Part shown: positions 28,778 through 40,064 of the stretch, piece by piece
Layout of the letters: the number at the start of each line of letters is the position of its first letter
Numbering within the stretch: the first letter of the stretch is position 1
Source: an uncultured Gammaproteobacteria bacterium
GTDB lineage: Bacteria; Pseudomonadota; Gammaproteobacteria; JACCXJ01
Length of the DNA stretch: 64,000 nt
Reading direction: 5' to 3'
NCBI GenBank assembly: GCA_963764725.1
Contig: CAVXTM010000001.1
Coordinates: forward strand, 96,001-160,000
Notes under the pieces: generated by a model
Seen by the model: the letters and a program-made list of their open reading frames with translations, nothing else
Databases searched by the model: none
Told to the model about the DNA's origin: nothing
Position numbers and translations under genes: made by a program

Positions 28778-30634
28778 TTACACCGCGAGGCGGGCGAGCC
28801 GCCGGCCTCCGTACAGAAGATTGATCGCGGCGCGCGTACCGGCGATGGCGGTGAACATCGAGGTCACGATTCCGAGCGACAGGGTCACCGCGAAGCCTTT
28901 CACCGGACCGGTCCCGAACGCAAATAGGACGAGGGCCGCGATGAGGGTGGTGAGGTTGGAATCGGCGATGGTGGCGAAGGCCTTCTCATAGCCAGCGTTG
29001 ATGGCGGCCTGAGGGGTGGTGCCGTTGCGCAGTTCCTCGCGGATGCGCTCGAAGATGAGCACATTGGCGTCGATCGCCATGCCCACCGTCAACACGATGC
29101 CCGCGATGCCAGGCAATGTCAGGGTCGCCTGCAGCAGCGACATCAGCGCGAGCAGCAGCACCAGATTGAGCACCAGCGCGAGATCGGCCACCAAGCCGAA
29201 GACCCCGTAGTACACGGCGGTAAACAACAGCACCAGCGCGAAGCCGACGACGGCCGCGTTGTAGCCCATCGTGATGTTGTCTTGGCCGAGACTCGGTCCC
29301 ACCGTGCGCTCCTCGATGATCGAGATCGGCGCGGCCAGCGCTCCGGCGCGCAGCAGGAGGGCGAGGTTCCGCGCTTCCTCGGTGCTATCGAGCCCCGTGA
29401 TCTGGAAGCGCTTGCTCAGTTGCTCGCGAATGGTGGCGATATTGATGACTTCCTCGACTGTTTTCTTTACCCTGATGGTCTCATTGCCCTTCTTCTGCGT
29501 GTCGATTTTGGTCTCGATGAAAACCACGGCCATGGGCCGCCCGACGTTATCGCGGGTGGCGCGGCTGAAGATGCGCGCGCCTTTGCCATCCAAGGTGATG
29601 AAGACGGCCGGGCGATTGTCGACCGAGTCCAGGCCCGAGCTCGCGTCGATGATGTATTCGCCGGTCAGCATCACCTGGCGTTTCAAGAGGACCGGTTCGC
29701 CCTCGCGCGTCCGATAGAGCTTAACGCCCGGCGGCGTCTTACCTTCGACGGCGTCCTGCGGGTCGTGTTCCTCATCCTGCATGCGGAATTCGAGGGTCGC
29801 GGTCGCGCCGAGGATTTCCTTGGCCCTAGCCGTGTCTTGCACACCCGGCAATTGCACGACGATGCGATCCACGCCCTGCTGTTGGATGATGGGCTCCGCT
29901 ACGCCGAGCTCATTGACGCGGTTGCGCAAGGTGGTGAGGTTCTGTTGCAGGGCAAGCTTGCGCGTCTCGCGGATGTAATCCTCCTTCAAGCTCAGTCGCA
30001 GCGCGCTGCCCTCTGGATCATCCTCGGGCACAAGCTGGAGATCACGAAATTCATCGTCGATCAGCCTTTCGGCCTCGGCTAGACTGGCTGCATCGCGCAA
30101 GGTCACGAGGATCCCGCGGCCGGCCTCGCGCGCGATGGTCTTATAGCGGATCTTTTTCTCGCGCAGCGCCGAACGCAGATCGGAGACAAAGCGTTCTTCG
30201 GCCATGCGCACGACCGCCTCCATATCGACCTCCATCAAGAAATGCACGCCGCCGCGCAGATCCAAGCCGAGGTACATGGGCTTGGCGCCCAGCGCTTGCA
30301 GCCACACGGGGGTCGCGGGCGCTAGATTCAAGGCCACCACATAGTCTGGCCCGAGCGCCGCCGCCACGGCATCATTAGCCTTGAGCTGCGCCTCGGTATC
30401 GGCGAAACGCACCAGCAGGCCGCGCGCATCGCGCTCGAGGGCCAGGGGTTTCAATTTGGCTTCCTTGAGCGCGGCGCGCACCTTAGTTTCCAGAGCCTCA
30501 TCGAGCGGTGCGGACCGCACTGTCGAGATCTGAAGGGCGGGGTGCTCCCCGTAGAGATTCGGCAGCGCATAGAGCACCCCGAGAACGATAATGCCCAAGA
30601 TGAGCAGGTTCTTCCATAAGGGATAGCGATTCAT
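28778..30634 (-). CDS. secD: Protein translocase subunit SecD
   Basis: LGLDLRGG, LRNRVNELGVAEP, LLRAGALAAP, GMAIDANVLIFERIREE. Confidence 0.97.
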   Translation of the reverse strand: MNRYPLWKNLLILGIIVLGVLYALPNLYGEHPALQISTVRSAPLDEALETKVRAALKEAKLKPLALERDARGLLVRFADTEAQLKANDAVAAALGPDYVVALNLAPATPVWLQALGAKPMYLGLDLRGGVHFLMEVDMEAVVRMAEERFVSDLRSALREKKIRYKTIAREAGRGILVTLRDAASLAEAERLIDDEFRDLQLVPEDDPEGSALRLSLKEDYIRETRKLALQQNLTTLRNRVNELGVAEPIIQQQGVDRIVVQLPGVQDTARAKEILGATATLEFRMQDEEHDPQDAVEGKTPPGVKLYRTREGEPVLLKRQVMLTGEYIIDASSGLDSVDNRPAVFITLDGKGARIFSRATRDNVGRPMAVVFIETKIDTQKKGNETIRVKKTVEEVINIATIREQLSKRFQITGLDSTEEARNLALLLRAGALAAPISIIEERTVGPSLGQDNITMGYNAAVVGFALVLLFTAVYYGVFGLVADLALVLNLVLLLALMSLLQATLTLPGIAGIVLTVGMAIDANVLIFERIREELRNGTTPQAAINAGYEKAFATIADSNLTTLIAALVLFAFGTGPVKGFAVTLSLGIVTSMFTAIAGTRAAINLLYGGRRLARLAV

Positions 30635-30656
30635 CGCCTAGGTCTATCGCGCTTGC

Positions 30657-30989
30657 TTAAAGGGTCTTGACGGTGCCTTTCGGGACCGTGTTGGCGACCT
30701 GGGCTTTCTGCACCTTAATCTCGACGGCCTTGCCGACATCGATGAGCACGAAATTCTCCCCGACCTCCAAGACCCGGCCGAGCAAGCCGCCGGTGGTGAC
30801 GATCTCATCGCCCTTGACCAAGGCCTCCATCATCTTCTTATGCTCTTTGTTGCGCTTCGACTGCGGCCGGATCATCACGAAGTAGAACACGACGAACAGA
30901 AAGACGATGGGAAGGATATCGAGGAAAAACTGCGCCGGCGGCCGCGAGGGGGCTGCCTGGGCGAAAGCGTCGGCGATGAGAAATTCCAT
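30657..30989 (-). CDS. yajC: Preprotein translocase subunit YajC
   Basis: FYFVMIRPQ, KGDEIVTTGGL.G, PKGTVK. Confidence 0.96.
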   Translation of the reverse strand: MEFLIADAFAQAAPSRPPAQFFLDILPIVFLFVVFYFVMIRPQSKRNKEHKKMMEALVKGDEIVTTGGLLGRVLEVGENFVLIDVGKAVEIKVQKAQVANTVPKGTVKTL

Positions 30990-31022
30990 TTGTCCTCCTT
31001 ATAGCACCTAAACGGCGCGGTA

Positions 31023-33195
<2,173 letters not shown>

Positions 33196-33320
33196 CCTGC
33201 CTAGGGTAGCGCGTTGCGCGGTAGAATGCCTCGTGGAGCACGTTCGGAGTATTGCCCGAGTTCGCGCCCCATTACTAGGAGCCAAAGCATTCGAACACGC
33301 GGAGGAGGAGCCGCCAGTCT

Positions 33321-33346
33321 TGTAATCCGTAACGCGTTAGGTTACA
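33321..33346. promoter_or_regulatory. Candidate HigA operator
   Basis: TGTAAtccgTAACGCGTTAggTTACA nested palindrome just upstream of higB. Confidence 0.6.
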
Positions 33347-33355
33347 GTCCGGCAG

Positions 33356-33634
33356 GTGATCCGCGGCTTCAAGCACAAAGGTTTGGGCCAGTTCTTTGAG
33401 ACCGGGTCCAGAGGAGGCATCCAGACACAACACGCTGAACGGCTGCGCCTTATTTTGGGCCGTCTGAATGCGGCAACCGCTCCGAAAGATATGGCGCTTC
33501 CCGGGGTGGATCTTCATGCGCTCAAGGGTGACCGGAAGGGTGGTTGGGCGGTGTCGGTAAGCGGGAACTGGCAGGTCACATTTAAGTTCGTTGGGAAGGA
33601 CGCTAATTTCGTCGATTACGAGGATTATCACTGA
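33356..33634 (+). CDS. higB: HigB-like toxin (second copy)
   Basis: IRGFKHKGL...LHALKG...[13 protein letters not shown]...DYEDYH. Confidence 0.92.
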   Translation: MIRGFKHKGLGQFFETGSRGGIQTQHAERLRLILGRLNAATAPKDMALPGVDLHALKGDRKGGWAVSVSGNWQVTFKFVGKDANFVDYEDYH

Positions 33635-33647
33635 AGAGAGCATCGCA

Positions 33648-33935
33648 ATGCGTATGCACAACCCCCCTCATCCGGGCGAGATCATCAAATCCCTTTGCCT
33701 TGAGCCCTTGGGCGTGAGCGTCACGCAGGCCGCGAAGGCCCTTGGCGTTAGCCGCAAGACGCTCTCTGCCATTCTGAACGGCCGGGCCGGTATCAGTCCC
33801 GAGATGGCCGTCCGTCTTTCCATTGCGTTCGCTACGCCCGCTGAAAGCTGGCTCAATCAGCAAACGCAGTATGAACTTTGGCATGCGGAACGGCGTCGCA
33901 AGGAGCTTCGGGTGGCTAGGCTCGCCGCGGCATAA
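33648..33935 (+). CDS. higA: HigA family antitoxin (second copy)
   Basis: [11 protein letters not shown]...[10 protein letters not shown]...[10 protein letters not shown]. Confidence 0.93.
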   Translation: MRMHNPPHPGEIIKSLCLEPLGVSVTQAAKALGVSRKTLSAILNGRAGISPEMAVRLSIAFATPAESWLNQQTQYELWHAERRRKELRVARLAAA

Positions 33936-33940
33936 CACGC

Positions 33941-34003
33941 GGGGTCAAGTCTCCCATCGTGCAAGATCACCTCTATTATCTATAAGCTGAGAGACCTGAC
34001 CCC
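33941..34003. repeat. GGGGTCA...TGACCCC inverted repeat element
   Basis: GGGGTCAAGTCTC ... GAGACCTGACCCC (13-bp arms, 1 mismatch); a lone half GACCTGACCCC occurs near 18826. Confidence 0.65.
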
Positions 34004-34854
34004 AACTTGCCGAGGATCTCATACATATAGTTGACAGGCAGTGAGAAGTGACCTTCATTCGGTAGCAAGCGTAGATCAGACCGAGGTAAGGCAGCGGCCA
34101 GGTAGCGGGCGTGCGCCGGCGGCACCACCTGATCGCGGCCACCCTGCCAGAGTGTGACCGGTAGCGCGATGTTTGAGATCTCAAAACCCCAGGGATTCGC
34201 GTAGAGTGCAAACTCATGCATCGCCGCGCGTGCTCCTTGTCGAAACGCTTCTCGCATGGAGGCCACAAGCAGAGGGCGTATCTCGGGGCGCGTTAACGCC
34301 GCGCGGTCGGCATCGTCGGCCAGCGCGGTGAGCAGGGAATAGGCGATCTCCGGATACTTGCCCATAAGCAAGGGTGGGCCGATCCCATAGACAGGCTTTA
34401 ACAACCAGCGAGCCCGTCGGGCTAAAAAAAAGCCGAACCGAGCGTGCCAACGTTGGCCTTGAAGCGCCCACGGCTCGAAGACCGGTCCGAGGCCACCGAC
34501 GAGGGCGGCTGCGGTGAGCCGCTCGGGAATAGCGTGCGCGCACGCGAGCGCATACGGACAGCCGCCGGAAACGCCCAGGATCGCAAAGCGCTCGGTACCC
34601 AAGACCTTGGCCAATTGCGTGAGGTCCCCCGACCACCTAGCCAGCGTGTGATTCTGCGTAAAATCGGACAGACCGTAGCCCGGACGGTCTACCGAAATCA
34701 AGCGCAGCCCGAGCTTGACTGCGGCCGGCTCGAGGACCCGCGCTTCGAGCCGCGAGGCGGGAAAGCCGTGACAGTAAAAGATCGGCTTACCCTCCGGGAT
34801 CCCGTACTCGCTGAAAGCGAGCATGCGCCCATCGTTAAGCTGGATGCGGGTCAC
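33976..34854 (-). CDS. Alpha/beta fold hydrolase
   Basis: HGFPASR, DRPGYG, GVSGG nucleophile elbow, WQGGRD, EGH. Confidence 0.9.
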   Translation of the reverse strand: MTRIQLNDGRMLAFSEYGIPEGKPIFYCHGFPASRLEARVLEPAAVKLGLRLISVDRPGYGLSDFTQNHTLARWSGDLTQLAKVLGTERFAILGVSGGCPYALACAHAIPERLTAAALVGGLGPVFEPWALQGQRWHARFGFFLARRARWLLKPVYGIGPPLLMGKYPEIAYSLLTALADDADRAALTRPEIRPLLVASMREAFRQGARAAMHEFALYANPWGFEISNIALPVTLWQGGRDQVVPPAHARYLAAALPRSDLRLLPNEGHFSLPVNYMYEILGKLGSGLSAYR

Positions 34855-34970
34855 TAAAAGCGGCGCTTTGCTACAATGCCGAACGGTCTTAAGCTTAAGT
34901 CGGTCACGCACAAATCCTGAAGCTTCGAACGTTACGTCCGGACCATGAGCACCAATCGCAGGAAAAAATA

Positions 34971-36179
34971 ATGAAAATCGTTATTGCCCCCGACTCCTTC
35001 AAAGAGAATCTTACCTCCCTAGAGGTTGCGACCGCCATCGAGCGCGGGATCCGCCGGGTCCTGCCCAAGGCGCGATGCGTCAAGATCCCGATGGCCGACG
35101 GTGGCGAGGGCACGGTGCAGTCACTGGTCGATGCCACGGGGGGCAGCCTGCTGCGAAAGCGGGTGCGCGGTCCCCGTGGCGTACTGGTGAGCGCTCGTTA
35201 CGGGATCCTCGGTGACGGCGAGACCGCGGTGATCGAAATGGCCCAGGCGTCCGGGTTGCCGTTAATCCCGAAAGCAGAGCGAAATCCGCTCGAGACGACC
35301 ACCTACGGTACCGGGGAGCTCATTATTGATGCCATCGCAAGGGGGATCAAGTCCATTATCATCGGCATCGGCGGTTCGGCGACGGTCGATGGCGGAACAG
35401 GCATGGCGCAAGCGCTCGGGGTAAAATTCATAGGCGCCAACGGTAAGGAGATCACCGCACTATGCAGCGGCGGAATGCTCGATCAGATCGCCAGGATCGA
35501 TATGAGCGGTCTCGATCCGAGGGTGAGAAAAACCCGAATCGTTATCGCCAGCGACGTGGATAATCCCTTGTATGGCCGGCGCGGCGCGGCCTATGTCTTC
35601 GCTCCGCAAAAAGGCGCGACCCCGGAGATGGTGAAGCTGCTCGATAGCAATCTCCGGCGCGCGGCGGCGGTGATTAAGCGAGATTGCGGCATCGACGTCG
35701 GAAAGCTCAAGGGCAGCGGCGCCGCCGGAGGATTAGGGGCGGGGCTGGTTGCCTTTGCCCGGGCGCGGATTAAAGGCGGCGCGGATCTGGTGATCGAAGC
35801 AACGCAACTAAAGCGCTACTTGAAAGATGCGGATCTGGTCATTACCGGCGAGGGGCGGGTCGATTTTCAGACCGCGTTCGGCAAGACGCCGGCAGGTGTC
35901 GCGAAGGCGGCCAAGCAATTCCGGGTGCCCGTGGTGGCCATCGGCGGGGGGCTTGCGGACGATGCTCGGGGGGTCTATTTCCACGGCATCGATGCCCTCG
36001 AAGCCGGGGCCGCGCGCGACATGGATCTCGCGGAGGCCTTGCGTCTTTCGAGGCAACACTTGGAGAACGCGGGTGAGCGCGTGATGCGCCTGATCTTAAT
36101 CGGAAAACGCTTAGGTCAACGCCGGGCCACGGGCGCCCTGCGGCCGGGCAAGCGAACGTTTCGCGCGAGTCAACAGTGA
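34971..36179 (+). CDS. Glycerate kinase (GlxK/GarK family)
   Basis: MKIVIAPDSFK, PMADGGEGT, GIGGSAT.DGG, GAAGG, TGEG. Confidence 0.95.
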   Translation: MKIVIAPDSFKENLTSLEVATAIERGIRRVLPKARCVKIPMADGGEGTVQSLVDATGGSLLRKRVRGPRGVLVSARYGILGDGETAVIEMAQASGLPLIPKAERNPLETTTYGTGELIIDAIARGIKSIIIGIGGSATVDGGTGMAQALGVKFIGANGKEITALCSGGMLDQIARIDMSGLDPRVRKTRIVIASDVDNPLYGRRGAAYVFAPQKGATPEMVKLLDSNLRRAAAVIKRDCGIDVGKLKGSGAAGGLGAGLVAFARARIKGGADLVIEATQLKRYLKDADLVITGEGRVDFQTAFGKTPAGVAKAAKQFRVPVVAIGGGLADDARGVYFHGIDALEAGAARDMDLAEALRLSRQHLENAGERVMRLILIGKRLGQRRATGALRPGKRTFRASQQ

Positions 36180-36853
36180 GTCGCGGATGCGTCGCTTTCG
36201 AGCTCAGAGAAGCGCACCGGCAGCGTTTCCTTGGTGGACAACCTGCCCGCGGGATCTTTTACCACGACGATGAGTTTTTGCGCATCGGCGAGCCCGGCGG
36301 GGATCACCATCCTACCACCGCGCTTGAGCTGGTGTAGTAGGGGTGGGGGGATCAGATCGGGCGCCGCGGTGACGATGATTTTGTCGAACGGCGCAATCTC
36401 GGGCCAACCGAAATAGCCATCACTGATGCGTGTTTCGATGTTGCGGTAGCCCAACTTTCCGAATCGGCGCTGAGCTTGCTGCGATAACTCTTCGATAATG
36501 TCCACGGTGTAGACCTTGGCTGAAAGCTTCGCGAGGACGGCCGCCTGGTAACCTAGGCCGGTTCCGATCTCGAGCACCGTGTCGGTAGCGTTCAGGGCCA
36601 GGAGATCGGTCATCAACGCAACGATAAACGGCTGGGAAATGGTTTTGTTATAACCGATGGGCAAGGGCGTGTCGGCGTAGGCGTAGCCCTGGAATTCCAC
36701 CGGCACAAATTCATGCCGCGGGATCTCGGCCATGACCTGCATCACGCGCGGGTCCAGCGTGGATTTTCCGATGAAATCGACGCACATGCCGGTGTGCGCC
36801 TCAATGTCGGAGATCATGTGCTGCTGCATTGAAGCGAAGAGCGGTTCATTCAT
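36170..36853 (-). CDS. pcm: Protein-L-isoaspartate O-methyltransferase
   Basis: TISQP, VLEIGTGLGYQAA, APFDKIIVTAA, GGRMVIP. Confidence 0.93.
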   Translation of the reverse strand: MNEPLFASMQQHMISDIEAHTGMCVDFIGKSTLDPRVMQVMAEIPRHEFVPVEFQGYAYADTPLPIGYNKTISQPFIVALMTDLLALNATDTVLEIGTGLGYQAAVLAKLSAKVYTVDIIEELSQQAQRRFGKLGYRNIETRISDGYFGWPEIAPFDKIIVTAAPDLIPPPLLHQLKRGGRMVIPAGLADAQKLIVVVKDPAGRLSTKETLPVRFSELESDASATHC

Positions 36854-36949
36854 CTGGGATCACACACGCATGGCCGACATCCCTATCGCGGTCAAAGCGG
36901 CTTCTGCCATGGGCCATCGGGGAACAAGGTGAAGAATAGCCTGCAGTTC

Positions 36950-37549
36950 CTAGCGCTTTCCGTACTGCAGAGGCGTGCCCGTGCGCTGGGCATAGATATA
37001 GGTCTCCAGCGCCCGCATCTCAGGGGAATCCGGAGCAAGCTTTTTGCCCCGTACCGGATTTTCGATGCACCAGTTGATCGCGTCTCGCAACAGTGCGACC
37101 CGCCCGAGCTGGGCCTGAAATTTCGGGTAAGTCTCGGGGTGGGTATTCGATCCATCCGGATGGCACATATCGCAGGAGACGGCGATAGTGCTCTTTAGCC
37201 GATCGCCGCTGTGAAAGATGCGCGAGCCTTCGACGGCCAATTTGTACGTCTCTTGCTGCCAGACATTTACATCCTCGGGGGTAACGCTACCGTAAGTCGA
37301 TCCCTGGCCCTTACCGATGAGACCCTTGTTGTCGGCCGGAACCACCACCTTGTGCTTGGCCAACTCTTCGGCCATCCAGTCGCGTGCTTCGCCTCTGCGT
37401 TTCCATTGCGCCATGGTCGCGTCATCGGTGCCCGGGTCTTGTTTGATGGCGGCCGGGTAGTCGCCGCCCAGCTCCGCCGCCCGCCCCTGGGAGGACATCA
37501 GCGACACGAGCGTGAAGATGGCGCCTACGAGAAGTTTGAACGTGCGCAT
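36950..37549 (-). CDS. Exported monoheme cytochrome c, SoxA/TsdA-like domain
   Basis: Sec signal; CDMCH; downstream YPKF...LRDAINWCIENP. Confidence 0.85.
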   Translation of the reverse strand: MRTFKLLVGAIFTLVSLMSSQGRAAELGGDYPAAIKQDPGTDDATMAQWKRRGEARDWMAEELAKHKVVVPADNKGLIGKGQGSTYGSVTPEDVNVWQQETYKLAVEGSRIFHSGDRLKSTIAVSCDMCHPDGSNTHPETYPKFQAQLGRVALLRDAINWCIENPVRGKKLAPDSPEMRALETYIYAQRTGTPLQYGKR

Positions 37550-37582
37550 TTTCTTATCCTCCTGAAACGATGAGGTGACTCC

Positions 37583-38716
37583 TCAATAACTTTGAAGATT
37601 AGGCGTCAGCGGCACGGCGCTTTTTCCCTCGCTCGTCAGATAAGCGCTCGCGACCTGAATTGGGTTGCGGTTCCAAAGATTGTAAAGTTTATCGACGAGG
37701 CCACCCGCTTTGACGCCGACCGATCCATCCCCGAGCGCGTCGTTGGGATTGAAGGGATCGGCACGGTTCATCTGCACCGTGAGGGCCGGCAACCCCTCGG
37801 GCGCATAAGGCCACGGCCAAGCGGTGGACAGCATTCCGTGGAAATGGATGTTGCCGATCCGATGGGTAAGGATCTGGTGGGTATGCCCGTGCACGACCAC
37901 CACTTGCTTGAAACGCTGCAATAAGGCCTGTACCTCCTCGGCGTCCTCAGTCCAGAAGTTCCACGGACGATAGTACTTGTATAGCGGGGAGTGCGAAAAC
38001 ACGATGAGCGGCGTGGCATCGGAATAGGCAGCGAGGTCGTTTTTGAGCCAAGCCTGCTGCTCCGTCCCGACCTTGAAGCGGCTCTGGATGCCGTTGTCGA
38101 GCCCTGCCACCGTCTGCATCCGCTCCATCCCCGTCATGCCACGCTCGCTCCAGAAGTCATCCTCCAGCACACTGTGGAGAACGACAAAGTGAACGCCCTT
38201 GTGATCAAACGAATAGGTGGGTTGACCAAACAGCGTGCGCCATTTCTCGCCCATATCCAGAAACCAGTCGTGCTCGCCGACCATCATCTTGACCGGCGCC
38301 TTGAGGCTCTTCAGGATCTGCGCGCCGAGCTCGAGCTCCAGGGGTTGTCCCAGTTGCGCGAGGTCACCTCCATAGAGCACGAAATCCGGCTGCGGCGCCA
38401 TGTGGTTGATGTCGTTGACGGCGCGCAGCAACTGCCGAACGAAGCGGTCATTGAGCTCGCGTTTATAAAGGTGTGAGTCGGAGATATAGGCGAAGGTGAA
38501 TGCCACCGGACCCGCCTCTCCGGTCGCGGCGTGGGCCACCTGCACCGGCTGGAAGCTGTGGAAGTTGAATTCCACACCGCGCGCGAGCGCGGCTGCAGCG
38601 GCGACGGCGGAGAGCTTGAGAAAGCTCCGGCGGTCGAGGTTTTTCAAGCCACGGAACAATGCCTCGCGTTCTTCGTAGTATTTCGTCTCGACGCTCTTAA
38701 CGATTGTTCGTTTCAT
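37583..38716 (-). CDS. Tat-exported calcineurin-like metallophosphoesterase
   Basis: DRRSFLK twin-arginine motif; DSH, GGDL, GEHD, SHSP, GHTH. Confidence 0.9.
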   Translation of the reverse strand: MKRTIVKSVETKYYEEREALFRGLKNLDRRSFLKLSAVAAAAALARGVEFNFHSFQPVQVAHAATGEAGPVAFTFAYISDSHLYKRELNDRFVRQLLRAVNDINHMAPQPDFVLYGGDLAQLGQPLELELGAQILKSLKAPVKMMVGEHDWFLDMGEKWRTLFGQPTYSFDHKGVHFVVLHSVLEDDFWSERGMTGMERMQTVAGLDNGIQSRFKVGTEQQAWLKNDLAAYSDATPLIVFSHSPLYKYYRPWNFWTEDAEEVQALLQRFKQVVVVHGHTHQILTHRIGNIHFHGMLSTAWPWPYAPEGLPALTVQMNRADPFNPNDALGDGSVGVKAGGLVDKLYNLWNRNPIQVASAYLTSEGKSAVPLTPNLQSY

Positions 38717-38732
38717 CTTTGTGCCTCCAAAC

Positions 38733-40064
38733 TTACCTGGTCCCGCCCATGACCCGCTCTTCAAACGGCAATACGCGACGCTCGGCCATCGCCGTGTCGC
38801 GGAAGGGGCGCTTCGCCGCGGCCAGCCTGCGCTGTTCTGTAAAGGCGCGCTGATTTTGCTCCGTAAAGCGCGCGTCGCTAAGCGTAAACATGAACTCCAC
38901 GACCGCATCGATTTCCTCTTCGCTCAGGGCCAGCGGTTCGATGCCGCCGTCTAGAAACGGATTGGGCTCGCCGCCTTTGTTATAGTGATCCATCACGTCC
39001 CACAGCGTCTCCATAGACCCATCATGCATGTAGGGGCCCGTCAGTGCGATATTGCGCAATTGCATGGTCTTGAACGCCCCAATGTCGGCACGATCCTTCG
39101 TGACCATGAACCGGCCAAGCTCCGATAGATCGGTCTCGATCGCCAGGCGATCGACCGCTTTCATACCTCCTTCTTGCGCCAGGGCATCGAGAGCCCGGCG
39201 CGCTAGCTCTTCGAAATTTTGCTTGCGCGCCGCCACCCCGATATTGTGAAATCGATTGTCGCTGCCGATGGGAATGGAAGGGTTCATCTGGTGACAGCTC
39301 ATGCAGCGCCCCTTACCATTGAATAGGTTCCAGCCGCGCTTGGCCTCCTCCGAGATGGCCTCCGGGCTGCCCGCTAGGTAGCGATCGAAGGGGGCATCGA
39401 GAAACACGAAGGTACGCTCAAAGGCGGCGATGGCCCGCCCCAGATCGTCGTAGTTCGGAGCCCGCCCATAGGCGAAGGAGAACATGCGCTTGTATTCGGG
39501 ATCATCGGCGATCGCTGCCAGCGCCGCCCCCTCGTTGGCGTGGCCCATCTCGATCGGGTTGACGATGGGCAGTTTCGCCTGTTCCTCGAGGCTCGGGGCG
39601 CGGCCGTCAAGAAACATGGTTTGCAGCAAAAAGGCATTCATGGTGGTGGGGGCATTGCGCTTGCCCAGGGCGCCGTTTATTCCCTCCGAGACCGCCCGCT
39701 GGTCGGTAAAGCCTCGGCTGACGTCATGACAGGTAGCGCAAGCCACAGTGCCGTCCTTGGACAGCCGGGTTTCGAAGTAAAGCTTCTTCCCAAGCGCCAC
39801 CCGTTCGGGCGTCATTTTGTTGTCTTCGGGGATCACAAGTCGTTGCCAGATCCCCGGATCCACACCAGGCGGGGACTGGGTTACGTCGCGCTCCGGAAGT
39901 AAGCTCTCGAGGAGGGTTTCTTGCTGACCCATGTCGAGGGCGCCGTGGGGTCCACGCGGCCCTGCGGCATTCTCTTGCAACTGCGTATTGCAAGCCCCTA
40001 ACCACGGAAGCACCATCGTAATTAGTAGAAAAGCCGTGCGATTTCTAATTTTTTGGTACTGCAT
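38733..40064 (-). CDS. Diheme bCcP/MauG superfamily protein
   Basis: LGKKLYFE.RLS, CATCH, RNAPT, DGRA.SLEEQA, CMSCH, AFKT..LRN, PYMHDG; lipobox-like LGAC. Confidence 0.93.
   Translation of the reverse strand: MQYQKIRNRTAFLLITMVLPWLGACNTQLQENAAGPRGPHGALDMGQQETLLESLLPERDVTQSPPGVDPGIWQRLVIPEDNKMTPERVALGKKLYFETRLSKDGTVACATCHDVSRGFTDQRAVSEGINGALGKRNAPTTMNAFLLQTMFLDGRAPSLEEQAKLPIVNPIEMGHANEGAALAAIADDPEYKRMFSFAYGRAPNYDDLGRAIAAFERTFVFLDAPFDRYLAGSPEAISEEAKRGWNLFNGKGRCMSCHQMNPSIPIGSDNRFHNIGVAARKQNFEELARRALDALAQEGGMKAVDRLAIETDLSELGRFMVTKDRADIGAFKTMQLRNIALTGPYMHDGSMETLWDVMDHYNKGGEPNPFLDGGIEPLALSEEEIDAVVEFMFTLSDARFTEQNQRAFTEQRRLAAAKRPFRDTAMAERRVLPFEERVMGGTR

Noticed and set aside
29282-30082. 266-aa plus-strand ORF
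   Set aside because: Antisense shadow of secD
33196-33355. Possible tRNA upstream of queA, a common location
   Set aside because: No cloverleaf, T-loop in a proper stem or CCA end could be built
33929-33940. GCATAAC at the higA2 stop as an attC R'' box
   Set aside because: No L boxes or matching GTTRRRY partner found
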